A DNA stretch of 64,000 bases from Octopus sinensis (lineage: Eukaryota), in assembly GCF_006345805.1 (NCBI RefSeq), contig NC_042998.1:93000001-93064000 (forward strand). The letters run 5' to 3'. Position numbers and translations under genes: made by a program. Shown piece after piece: positions 31,212 to 43,636 of this stretch (positions within the stretch are counted from its first letter, which is position 1; every line of letters begins with the position of its first letter). Below the pieces are notes generated by a model. That model was not told the origin of the DNA. It made no database searches and saw only the letters and a list, made by a program, of their open reading frames with translations.

Positions 31212-32503
31212 ATCATATGTGCATGTGTATACCCCTATATATTCAAGGATGCTGAGAAGGAAACTAACAGATTAATCCATCATAAAAATTAATGTTAGTC
31301 AAACAATCCATAGTAGCTGAAAACATCAACTCATGAATTGATACTTTTGACTACCATGAACCATTCTGAATATTACTTTATAAGTTTCCTTCTCAGCACC
31401 CTTACATATATTGCTGTACATATGCTCATATATTTATGCATATAATACCCACAAGACTATCCACCATATTTCCAGCAACAAACTTAGACACTTTTTTTTA
31501 ATTACGTATCTCTAACACCTGTGGATATGCTTTCACAAACACGTTTTTTCATGCTCATGATTGCTGAAGCATAGAATAAACTACTCTCATTAGTTGTTAG
31601 CTATCAGGTCGCAACCTCCTTCAAACTTCCATGTTTCCCCAAATTCACCAACAGTACATCTGATTCTCCAGTATTTTTCATGACTCATTCACTGTTTACT
31701 GTCTTGTCATAAATAGCACATTACCCTATGTACTGTTCATGAACACTTGGCTACCTTTTCTGACAACTTGTAGTGCACCTGAGCACTGTATACAGTAAGT
31801 ACATCCAATGCCAGATTTACCATTGTGCTTAGGTGTGCTTAAGCACAGGGCCGCATTAACTGGTGGGGTAATGGGGCATCTTCCTGCCCACCAAATTTTT
31901 ACAATGAATTTCCGGAGCATGTATGCCTGACTGCCCATGTAAGGGACCTCATAACTTAACTAGCACAGGGATTCATTTGTCCTAAATCTAGCAGTGAGTA
32001 CATCATATATTATATATAAGTAAATATTGTTATGTATATTTTATATACATGCAAATGTTGATGTACAATTTATTACATAACTAAAGCTTATGAAATGGCT
32101 GTAAATGAAGAGAATAAACACCTGTTCTCTCATTGTACTTCTCTTATCTGTTTTATATACATACATACATGCATACATGCATATATATATATATATATAT
32201 ACACAAGAATTTTTTGTGTAATGAGATAAAAAACCAAGGATGTGTAGATATTAGAACATTTATAGATAGAAGGTCTTATATATATATATATATATATACT
32301 CTTTACTCTTTAGTCTTTTACTTGTTTTAGTCATTTTGACTGCAGCCATGCTGGAGCACCACCTTTAGTCGAGCAAATTGACCCCAGGGCTTATTCTTTG
32401 TAAGCCTAGTACTTATTCTATTGGTCCCTTTTGCCGAACTGCTAAGTTACGGACATGTAAACACACCAGCATCAGTTGTCAAGTGATGCTGGAGACACAC
32501 ATA

Positions 32504-34157
32504 CATCATCATCATCATCATCATCGTTTAGCGTCCGTTTTCCATGCTAGCATGGGTTGGACGGTTCTACTGGGGTCTGTGAAGCCAGAAGGCTTCATCA
32601 GGCCCAGTCAAATCTGGCAGTGTTTCTACGGCTGGATGCCCTTCCTAACGCCAACCACTCCGTGAGTGTAGTGGGTGCTTTTTACGTGCCACCCGCACTG
32701 GTGCCAGACAGAGCTGGCAAACGGCCACGAACGGATGGTGCTTTTTATGTGCCACCGGCACGAGGGCCAGGCGAGGCTGGCAATGGACACGAAACGGGGC
32801 GGTGCTGGCAACGGTCGCGAAACGGAAAGTTCTCTTACATGCCACCGGCACTGGTAACACATCTGCATTTCCATTGATCGATTTCCATTGATCGATTTCG
32901 ATTCTGATCGTCACTTGCCTCAATGGGTCTTCACAAGCAGAGTTTTGACATGCCACCGGCACTGGTAGCACATCCGCAATTTCCATTGATCGATTTCGAT
33001 TCTGATCCTCACTTGCCTCATCACGTCTTCACAAGTAGAGTTTTGTGTCCCAAGAAGGGAAGGTATGCATACGTAGGCTGGCTCCATCCCATGTAGAAGG
33101 CCACGGGTTATGGACTCACTTGTCCTGCCGGGTCTTCTCGCGCACAGCACACTTCCAGAGGTCTCGGTCTCTAGTCATTTCCTCAGTGAGACCTAAAGTT
33201 CGAAGGTCGTGCTTCACCACCTCGTCCCAGGTTTTCCTGGGTCTGCCTCTTCCACAGGTTCCCTCAACCGCTAGGGTGTGGCACTTTTTCACACAACTAT
33301 CTTCATCCATTCTCGCCACATGACCATACCAGCGCAAACGTCTCTCTTGCACACCACAACTGATGCTTCTTAGGTCCAGCTTTTCTCTCAAGGTACTTAC
33401 ACTCTGCCGAGTGTGAGTACCGGCATTACACATCCATCGGAGCATACTGGCTTCATTTCTAGCGAGCTTACGCATATCCTCAGCAGTCACGGCCCATGTT
33501 TCACTGCCATGTAGCATGGCTGTTCGTACACACGCATCATACAGTCTGCCTTTCACTCTGTGCGAGAGGCCTTTTGTCACCAGTAGAGGTAAGAGCTCTC
33601 TGAACTTTGCCCAAGCTATTCTTACTCTAGCAGTTACACTTTCAGCACACCCGCCCCCGCTGCTGACTTGGTCACCTAGGTAACGGAAACTATCAACTAT
33701 TTCTAGTTTTTCTCCCTGGAAAGTGACGGAAGTTGGTCTCAGAGCATTTTCAGTGTTTATTGTTCCTGAGCATCTGCCACATACAAAAACCATCTTCCTA
33801 GTTAGCCTTCCTTTGACATTGCTGCACCTCTTATGTGTCCATAGCTTACACTTGGTGCATCTTATAGAGTTTCTACCTACACCTTTTCTACAGATCGAGC
33901 AGGGCCATCTACCTGATGGTGTTTGTGATTTGTCTACCTTCCTACTGATTACGACTTTGGTTTTAGCTAGATTGACTCTGAGGCCCTTCGATTCTAATCC
34001 TTGTTTCCACACCTGAAACTTCTCCTCCAGTTCTGATAGCGACTCAGCAATTAGAGCAAGGTCATCAGCATAGAGGAGCTCCCAAGGGCATCCTGTCTTG
34101 AATTCCTCCGTTATTGCCTGGAGGACTATGATAAATAGGAGGGGGCTGAGTACTGAG
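32504..34157 (-). mobile_element. 5'-truncated RTE-clade LINE with complete 3' UTR and (GAT)n tail
   Basis: RT motifs VLSPLLF and LLYADD, then RLRWYGHV and GRGRPRKTW. The 3' UTR has internal duplications and ends aacggacgctaaacgatgatgatg. Confidence 0.93.
33116..34157 (-). CDS. C-terminal half of the RTE reverse transcriptase (open frame, 5'-truncated)
   Basis: The listed 391-aa ORF; its first ~45 aa derive from the flanking SINE and microsatellite, and RT homology begins at VLSPLLF. Confidence 0.85.
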
Positions 34158-34489
34158 TACATATATATGTATATATATATATTATATATATATACACACA
34201 CACACAAGCACACACATGCAGATGCATCTGTATATTCTTTCATTCTTTTACTTGTTTCAGTCATTTGACTGTGGCCATGCTGGAGCACCACTTTTTAGTC
34301 TGAGAAATCAACTCCAGGACTTATTCTTGGTAAACCTGGTACTTATTCTATCAGTCTCTTTTCCTGAACAGCTAGGTTACAGGAACATAAGTACACCAAC
34401 ACCAGTTGTCAAGCAATGGTGTGATAGTGGCAGGGGGGGGGGACAAACACACACGCAAACACATGCACATTAATATACATATGTATATA

Positions 34490-35772
34490 TGAGGGAAGTA
34501 AAAAACTATCCACACTTTCACCATAACATATCTTTATTATTATCACACTGCTTTCTGTGCATGTGTGCTTATAGTTGGCACTATTGTGGTAATGTGATCA
34601 AAATTTGAGCCCGATCACACCATTTTTCTTTCTGGCTTTACAGTGTAAGCATGGCTGCTCCACTATCAATGTGCACCAAAGAAGAACAAAGAGCAGTGAT
34701 CTAATTTCTCTGGTTGGAAGGTGTGTCAGGTGCTGAAATTCATTGGCAGATTTGAGCAGAATATGGGGACAGTGCACTACTGCATAGAATTGTGTATGAG
34801 TGGATTGAGAAGTTTAAAAGTGGCCAGGCAAGTGTGACACACAAAAAGGGAGCAGGACGCCCACCACCCTCCACCACTGATGAGAAATTCAGCAAGCTTG
34901 AGAGAGTTAATGGTGAACCAGCGATTTATCGATGAGGTAGCTCATTCTCTGCAGATTAGTCATGGTTCTCTCTATCAAATCATCTACAATGAGCTTGGCT
35001 TACATAAAGTCTGGGCAAGATGGGTGCCAACAGAGCTTACTGCAGGGCACAAGTGCAAACATCTTGAAGTCTGCCAATGTTTACTCAATTGCTATAACAA
35101 TGAGGGCGAGGAATTTTTGAGCAGAATAGTCACAAGAGATGAAACATGGGTCCATCATTATGAGGCAGAATCCAAAAGACTGGCTCACCAGCGATTAAGA
35201 AATTGAAGAGTTAGTCTTTTGCAGAAAAGGTGATACTAACCATTTTTGGGACTCAAAATGACCTATACTGGAAGACTACTTGGAAAAGGAGTGTATGATC
35301 AACAGTGCAAGATATAGTGCTTTGCTGGCCAACAAACTGAAGCCAGCAGTTCACACCAAATGCCAAAAGCTGTTATCAAAGAAAGTTTGGCTGTTGCATG
35401 ACAGTACATGCCCACACATGACCACCCAGACTGTTGAAACCATAAACCAATTGGGTTTTGAGGCACTTGAACAGCCTGCCTACAACCCAGATCTTGCCTC
35501 TTCTGACTATCATATCTTTGGATTGCTCAAAGATGGTTTATGTGGTCGTCAATTTCCTACAGATGAAGATGCAAAGGAAGCGGTGCATAAATGGTTGCAC
35601 AACCAACCAAAAATCTTCTTCTTGGAGGGAATTTGAAAGCTTGTGAACCATTGTACCAAGAGCATCAAAACAGAAGGAGACTATATGGAAAAATGATGTA
35701 CTTGTTTATCTGCTGTTTTTGTGTAGATACATTGGAAAAACAAGAGTGTGTATAATTTTTGACTCTCCCTTG
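34490..35772 (+). mobile_element. Full-length decayed mariner (DD34D) inserted into the TA linker of a family A SINE
   Basis: TIR-like ends tgagggaagtaaaaaactatccacact / agtgtgtataatttttgactctcccttg. Transposase pseudogene 34651-35696 with EQRAVI, IVTRDETWVHHY and LLHD-x34-D (YNPDLASSDY). SINE halves lie at ~34235-34460 and ~35780-35900. Confidence 0.9.
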
Positions 35773-36058
35773 AATATATATTGACAGGCTTCTTTTCAGA
35801 TTCCGTCAACCAAATCCACTCACAAGGGTTTGATTGGCCCGAGGTAATAGTAGAGGACACTTGTCCTAAGTGCCATGCAGTGGGACTGAACCTAGAACCT
35901 ATAGGGTATCCAGCTGTAAAAACTCTGCCAGATCAAGATTGGAACCTGGTGCAGCCATCTGGTTCGCCAGTCCTCAGTCAAATCGTCCAACCCATGCTAG
36001 CATGGAAAACGGACGTTAAACGATGATGATGAAGATGATGATGATATATGCACACACA

Positions 36059-36099
<41 letters not shown>

Positions 36100-36479
36100 T
36101 ATACTTATTTACATACTTATCTATCTCATACATATATACATATCCTCATCATCATCATCATCATCATTGTCGTCGTCGTTGTCGTCATCATCATCGTCAT
36201 CTCCATCATTTAACGTTCACTGTCTATGCTGGTATGGGTAGGACGGCTTGACAGGGAACTGGCAAGCTGCAGAGCTGTGTTGATGACATTGAAGACAGTT
36301 ACAGCCCTGCAGCTCACCAGACCATATTATTCTTGCATGAAGATGATGACGATGACGATGATGATGATGATGAGGAGGAGGAGGATGACGACGGTGATGA
36401 TGATGATGATGGTAATGATGGTGATGATGATGATGATGATGATGGTGATAATGATGATGATGATATATATGTATACATG

Positions 36480-38479
36480 AGACGTAAACAAAAATAACAT
36501 AAGCAACACCAGTTTTGAGCTTACTGTTATATAAAGACAAACAGACAGACACACACACATGCACGGACGCACACATACGCACACTCAAGTGTGTGTGTAT
36601 GTACATGTATGTATGTGTGCATCTGTCTTAACATTCCGTTGATCTCAAAACTACAGTTATTTATGTTATGTCTGTTTATGTCTCATAACTTATCAGTTCA
36701 ACAAATAAAGATTGACATAATGATTAGTAGACAAAAATATGTACTGGGATCGATAGAGTCAACTAAATCATTTCAGGTGGTGCCACACCATGGCTCTTGT
36801 CTAATCAGTGAAGTTTATAAAAGAATATTATACCTGAAATACATCCTCATTATTTTCGTTTTTGTATCCATACACTTCTGTATCGCTTGATTTATTGGGG
36901 CCATAATTTATCATCATCATCATCATCATCATCATCGTCGTCCTTACTACCATCACTACCATCACCACCAGTGCTACCACCATACCCCCTTCCCCGTCAA
37001 CCACCACTACCATCCTCCACATCATCATCATCATCATCATTATTACCACCACCACCACCATCACCGCCAGTGCTACCGTCACTTCTCCCCACCAACAACC
37101 ACTACCGTCATCATCATTATCATCGTCATTATTACCACCACCACTACCATCACCACCGGTGCTACCACCACACCACCACCCGTCAACCACCTCTAACCTC
37201 CTCCCTCTCTTTCTCCTTCTCTTCATCATCAACATCAACACCACCACCACCACCATCACCACCAGTGCTACTACCACTCCTCCCCGCCAACAAACACTAC
37301 CATCATCATCATCATTATCATCACCACCATCATCATCATTATCATTACCATCACCTCTACCATCACCACCAACACTGCTGACCTTCACTACCATCATCAT
37401 CATTATCATCATCATCATCAACATTATCTTCACCGCCACAACTATTGCCACTACATCCACCACAGCCGTCACCACCACCAAAACTACGACCATTCTTTTA
37501 TTGTTTGCTTTTCCATGCTTTCATGGGTCAGATGGAATTCATTAATGTAGATTTTCTGCAGGTGGGTGTTCTTCTTGTCCTCTCCTTTCACTTGTTTCCA
37601 TGCAGGGTTAATATTTCCCCATGGTTCAATATATATTCACAGAGGAATTGAACTGAGGAACATCTGTGATGATGCAGTTTATTTACATGTATTATGTGAT
37701 GTGAAGACAGACAGTTGCAAACACACACACACACACACGTGCAGGGTGAGCTAAAAGTCACATACAAAATAAGTTTTCCTAAAATTCAATGAAATAAATA
37801 AAGATGAATGCACATGTGCTTGTACATGATGAACAAAATGAATAATAATAATAATGGTGTATTCTCTTGTTGGGAACATCAAATGAGGATTCAGTAAAAT
37901 AAAGCATTAACCATGTTCTGTGGACACGGATATCTCTCTTGAGGCCCGTTGGTTCCTTGCAGACCTTTTTACAAATGGAACAAGTTGAGGACTGAGTTTG
38001 CTTGAGTGCTTGTGGATCATTTACCATGTGTTTTCTTGAGTAGATGGCAAGACCTGCTTTGCTTCGTGCCACAAAACCACAACAAGTAAGGTTTCTATTT
38101 AGAAGAGCAGCATTTTGCCAGCATTCCTTCATGCTTGCACGAAATTGGTCCTGATGTTGGAGTTGACTTTGCTCAAATCTTTGAACTGAGTAGAAGCAAG
38201 GACAGGTGCCAGGTCTTGCTTTCTGATGCTTTGTTTTCCCAGAATGGAAAGGGAATGTTGCATCATTTCAGATTGTCTTTTAGTTTGTCTTTGAAGCACA
38301 AGAGTGGCCTGCCAACTGACCTTCCTGTTAGGAATTGGCCAAAGAGAAATTGCTTCAGAATTCTGATAATGTAATATAAATAATGTAAGTATTCTTTTCT
38401 TTTGCTGAATTGCTAAGTTACAAAGATGTAAACACACCAACTCCAGTTGTCAAGCAATATTAGTGGACAAACACAGTCT

Positions 38480-38537
<58 letters not shown>

Positions 38538-40330
38538 TACACACACATGATGGGTTTCTTTCAGTTTCCATCTATCAAATCCACTCACAAGGCTTTGGTA
38601 AGCCCAAGGCTGTAGTAGAAGACATTTGCCCTGGGTATCATGCAATAGGACTGAACCTGAAAGCACATGGTTGAAAAGCAAACTTCTTACCACCCAACCA
38701 CACTAGTGGCTGGGTGGGAAGCAGCCAAGGCTTTGGTTAATCTCAAGTTATAGTAGAAAACACTCATCCAAGGTGCCATACGGTAGGACTGAACCCAATA
38801 CCACATGATTGAGAAACAAGCTTCTTCAAACTTCTTAACCACACTGCCATGCCTGCACTGATAATTGAATAAATAAATTAATAAAAAAGATGATAAAACA
38901 AAAGATTTTTTTATACAGTAAAAGCAAAATGTAGTTATATAGGCCTTTCATAAAAAAAAACCCATCAGAAGATATCATAATGTAACATGAAGAAGATGCG
39001 AGCGAAACCAAATATAAGTCATGAACCATGAAGAGGTCTTCATTTACTTTAGTCATTTTACTTCTAATATCAAAGAAGAATACTTTAAAACTGTCTTCCA
39101 TTTTCTTCGGTGAAATCTTTATTTTTTTCTTATTGGTTATACCATGGAATCATTGTGTACAGCACCATCGTATATGTCCTTTGATTCCATTTTTCTGCAA
39201 AGAAAAAAAAATTAAAGAAAACAAAAAGAAAAATAAATACAAAACATGTCCAGCCAAGGGGAAATATATTGCCTAGCATTGGAAACAGGTAAGGGTTGGA
39301 GATGGGAAGGGAAGCTGGGTGTAAAATAAAAATCTGCCTTGATGAATTCTGACCCATGCAAGCATGCAAAGTGAACATTAAAACACTGTTGGTGATGATG
39401 ATGACGGTGGTGTTGGTGGTTGTGGTGATGGAATTAGTGGTGGTGATGGTTGTGGTAATGATGATGATGATGATGATGATGATGGTGGTGATGGTGGTGA
39501 TGGTAGTGGTGGTGATGGAGTTGGCAGTGATGGTAGTAGTGCTGGTGGTGATAGTAGTGATGGAATTAGTGGTGGTGATGGTGGTGATAATGATGATGAT
39601 GGTGATGATCATTGTGATGGTGATAGTGGTGGAGGTTGTAGTGATGATGTTGGTGGTGATGGTGGTTATGATAATAATGATGGTAGTAGTGTTGGTGGTG
39701 GTGGTGGTGGTGGTGGTCATGGTGGTGGTGCTGGTGGTGCTGGTAGCGCTGGTGCTGGTGGTTCTGGTAGCGCTGGTGTTGGTGGTAGCACTGGTGGTGA
39801 TGGTAGTGATGGTGGTAATGATGACGACGATGATGATGATGATGATGATAAATTATGGCCCAATAATTCTGCGATACAGAAGTGTAAGGATATAAAAACG
39901 AAAATAATGAGGATGTATTCCAGGTATAATATTCTTTTATAAACTTCACTGATTAGACAAGAGCCATGGTGTGGCACCACCTGAAATGATTTAGTTGACT
40001 CTATCGATCCCAGTACATATTTTTGTCTACTAATCATTATGTCAATCTTTATTTGTTGAACTGATAAGTTATGAGACATAAACAGACATAACATAAATAA
40101 CCGTAGTTTTGAGATCAATGGAATGTTAAGACAGACACACACATACATGTATGTATATAGATACACATACACCTCTATACACACATATATGTGTGTGTGT
40201 GTGTGTGTGTATGTGTTATGTATGCGAGTGACATACACACATATACGTATGTGTATGTGTGTGTGTCAGTCTTTATCTTACATTAATCTTAAAACTGGCA
40301 TTGTTTATGTTATGTCTGTTTATTTCATAC
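36480..40330. repeat. Inverted duplication: arms ~36480-37480 and ~39370-40330
   Basis: 36620-36910 (+) and 39845-40135 (-) translate almost identically (CLNIPLISKL...VYKRILYL) and continue into matching CAT/CAC tracts. Outer segments 36480-36545 and 40265-40330 are more diverged inverted homologues. Confidence 0.85.
37860..38400 (-). pseudogene. Old RTE-clade LINE 3' remnant with C-terminal C2H2-like finger
   Basis: FVARSKAGLAIYSRKH and CSICKKVCKEPTGLKRDIRVH resemble RTE C-terminal zinc fingers. Confidence 0.55.
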
Positions 40331-40334
40331 ATAT

Positions 40335-40371
40335 GTAGATAGGTAGATAGATTGGTAGATAGATAGATAGC

Positions 40372-40415
<44 letters not shown>

Positions 40416-40428
40416 TAGATAGATAGAG

Positions 40429-40484
<56 letters not shown>

Positions 40485-40516
40485 CGACAGACAGATAGAT
40501 AGACAGATAGATAGGT

Positions 40517-40574
<58 letters not shown>

Positions 40575-40696
40575 AGAGAGAGAGAGAGAGGGTGGGATAG
40601 ATAGATAGACTGATAGACAGAAAGATAGATTGATAGATAGAGAGAGAGAGAGAGAGAGAAAGCGAGAGAGAGATACTGATAGAAGGACAGACAGAC

Positions 40697-40752
<56 letters not shown>

Positions 40753-40755
40753 CAA
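40335..40755. repeat. Compound (AGAT)n/(AGAC)n/(TA)n/(GA)n microsatellite
   Basis: Direct reading. Confidence 0.95.
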
Positions 40756-40789
40756 CCAGAAACATACACATAAGAGTTTTCTCAAGTTC

Positions 40790-40910
40790 AAAATGTGATA
40801 TTGTTTTTGTTATCGATATTCCAACAATGGAGCCTTATATCTTTGTTAGAAGGTAGCACCTTCCTTACCGGAAGACTTCAAATAATCAAAAATAGAATAG
40901 AACAACATAC
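40790..40910 (+). mobile_element. Diverged 3'-terminal fragment of the ATAC-associated RLE LINE family
   Basis: ttccaacaatggagccttatatctttgttagaa resembles ttccaatgaaggagccttagatctaggttagaa at 42001-42040; followed by (ATAC)n. Confidence 0.55.
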
Positions 40911-41029
40911 GTATGTGTATATGTACATACATACATACGTACATTCATACATACATACATACATACATACATACATACATACATACATACATACATGTAC
41001 ATACATTCAAATGAATGTATGTGCCTACA

Positions 41030-41327
41030 GATTTAGACAAAAACTTTGGAATGCTAGATCTTTCAAAGAAAGAGCGAAAGAAACTGATGTGTGTTCTCCA
41101 AATTCAATCTATTAATGGTACAGTGAAGATTTGTAAGACATTCCAAAGACTCACCGTCAGAGTCTTTAGGTGAATAGACACGCACACATTTGGGTGTGAA
41201 TGCTGACAGCTCAAACACGTATTTACAAACACAGGCGACACTCTTAACTCAAAAAGTCTTGTCACTTCATTAGCATCTGGCTTGTACTCTTTTCCTCAGA
41301 ACTTAAATAACATTCAAAATAAAACAA
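41030..41327 (+). mobile_element. 5'-truncated RLE LINE fragment (subfamily 2): ORF end plus 3' UTR, between (ATAC)n tracts
   Basis: Encodes DKNFGMLDLSKKERKKLMCVLQIQSINGTVKICKTFQ, homologous to the ORF end at 41650-41760 and 50510-50620. Its distinct 3' UTR recurs at 42850-43015. Confidence 0.75.
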
Positions 41328-41458
41328 GCATACATACCTACATACATACATACATACATACATGCATACATACATACACACATACACACATACATACATA
41401 CATACATACATACATACATACATACACACATACATACATACATACATACATACATACA

Positions 41459-41492
<34 letters not shown>

Positions 41493-41495
41493 CAT

Positions 41496-41888
41496 ATGTT
41501 AACATAAAGCTGAAGATCAGTGAGAAAGAGAATACCTACACTGTAATATTAAGTAATCTGCAGTTACTCTATCCAAATTGCAAATTCAGTTTTATACCTG
41601 TAATTATTTGGGCCCTGGTATATGTAACACACTGCCTAAATACTAATCTAGAGAAATAAGGTTTCTCAAAACCAGAAAAGAGAAAGCTAATTCGAAGACT
41701 ACAGATCCAATCTATCACTGGAACTGTAAAAATCTGTAAAACTTTCCAGAAGTTTATCATTTAAATATATGTGAGCATGTCTAGATATGTAACTATATTC
41801 ATGAGAATACATACATAAAACAAAACATACAAATCTGCACGTATACATATATGTATACATACATACATCCATACATACATACATACAT

Positions 41889-41919
<31 letters not shown>

Positions 41920-42083
41920 TACATACATACATACAGATAGACAGACAGACAGACAGACAGACAAACAAGCAAAAGTATCCTGCTGTTGATGTTGTTGAAC
42001 TTCCAATGAAGGAGCCTTAGATCTAGGTTAGAAACCAGCTCTTTCTCTATTGACAAGAAATGTTGAAATAAATTGAATAATAA
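41496..42083 (+). mobile_element. 5'-truncated RLE LINE fragment (subfamily 1) between (ATAC)n tracts
   Basis: VNIKLKISEKENTY..FIPVIIWALVY..LQIQSITGTVKICKTFQ, plus a 3' UTR with an internal ATAC/AGAC tract. Highly similar to the 3' end of the 50187-53570 element. Confidence 0.85.
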
Positions 42084-42179
42084 CATACATACATACATGC
42101 ATACACACATACATACAAGCATACATACATACATACATACATACATACAAACATACATACATACATACATACATAGACG

Positions 42180-42375
42180 CAGGTGTGGCTGTGTGGTAAG
42201 AAGCCAGGTGCAGGCATGGCTGTGGGATAAGAAGCTTACTTCCCAACTACATTGTTCCAGGTTCAGTTCCACTGCATGGCACTTTGAGCAAGTGTCTTCG
42301 ACTAAAGGCGGTGCTCCAGCATGGCTGCATTCAAATGACTGAAACAAGTAAAAGAGTAAAAGAGAGTAAAGAGTA
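42180..42375 (+). mobile_element. SINE family A, internally deleted, with a duplicated head
   Basis: gtggctgtgtggtaagaagc appears twice; gcaagtgtcttc joins directly to gactaaaggcggtgctccagc. Confidence 0.75.
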
Positions 42376-42814
42376 TAGTGGCCACCACTGAGAAATTATC
42401 TTATTCTGGGTGTTAAAGTTATAGGCTGTCAGTAACACCCATGCTATAATTCGAAGTGAATAACACTGCTGTGGCTTCAACTACAATGCCAAGTATTCCA
42501 GACACAAGCAAGAGTAAAATTTCTGAATTTGCAATGAGGTGGGTGTTATTTTGGAATTTCCTTCTCCTAGAGGTGTCTAAACAAAGACTAGGGATTTCTT
42601 GCTCCCAATTGTTGGGTGGCCATTGACTTTACAGAGTTCATCCACTCTTTAACAGGCTTCATCTTTCCTTCTGAAGGGTGTCCAATGAAAACCACCCTCC
42701 TTACCAATCAGGCCTATTAGGGTTGCTAGTTTAGTCATCAACAGCCTGACTATATGATTGCTTGTACTGGGTTACATGTTACCAGTAGCACTAAAAGTGA
42801 CCTGACAACATACA

Positions 42815-42845
<31 letters not shown>

Positions 42846-42849
42846 CCAT

Positions 42850-43015
42850 CTGAGATTCTTATATGAATTGATGCACACACTTGGGTGAATGCCTTGACAG
42901 TTCAACCAACTTGACCACATACTGACAAACCCCAGGAACTCTCTTGATTCAAAAAGTCTAGTCACTTTGTTAGCAACCAGCTTGAACTCTGTCAGGAGGA
43001 ACTTAAATTAAACTC
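42850..43015 (+). mobile_element. 3' UTR fragment of RLE LINE subfamily 2, following (ATAC)n
   Basis: gatgcacacacttgggtgaatgcc..ctcttgattcaaaaagtctagtcactttgttagcaaccagcttgaactct matches 41165-41300. Confidence 0.7.
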
Positions 43016-43636
43016 ATATACAAGGCTTCTATCGGTCAAAATTGACCTTGTCTAGCATTTTCTACATTGAAATTCCTTTCTCTCATTAAATACACTATAT
43101 TATCATTGTAAATATTTACTTTTATTCTATGGTCTTCAAGAATCCTAACATATATATGTCACCCATGCATGGAAATCTGCTTTTACCATATTACTGATAG
43201 GTGTGTCCAAAGGAAAGGCCACCATGTTTAAGCTGATACTGCCTGGCACCAGTGTCACCACAATATATTACTCTAACAGTTCTACTAATCCACCACCTTA
43301 GACAGGTATTTTTTTTTTATCAACTCTGAAGGTATATAAGACAAAGTCGACCTTGGTGGGATTTGAACTCAGCACAGGAAATGGGAAGAAATGCCACCAG
43401 ATATTCAACTGAATGCTTTAATAATTCAACCAATTTCATGCTTTAAACTGCTCTTCGAAACTATAAAGCTAGCGTACTGTTTTTTTTTTTTTTTCTGCCA
43501 AATTCATGAAACTCAACTCTAGATAGGAAATGGAATAGAAGGCATTGCGATATTCAAATTTATTGAAATCCAAAAATAAATTAGATAATGAAAAAAAAAC
43601 CCAAAAAAAACCAAAAAATACAGAGCCAGAAACCCC

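Noticed and set aside
32985-33030. gtgatgag...cgaaatcgatc on the minus strand of the RTE 3' UTR resembling a hammerhead
   Set aside because: Helix II does not pair, and the sister repeat and other copies read ccattgag or ctattgag at the core.
36217-39949. Long His-, Met/Val-, Ser/Pro- and Thr/Ile-rich ORFs
   Set aside because: They are translations of CAT/CAC/GAT trinucleotide tracts, open in several frames on both strands.
42001-42052. Hammerhead-like look of ccaatgaag-gagcc..ggtta-gaaacc in the ATAC-LINE 3' UTR (also ~50230-50270)
   Set aside because: The core is CCAAUGA rather than CUGANGA in both copies, and no helix I pairing was found.
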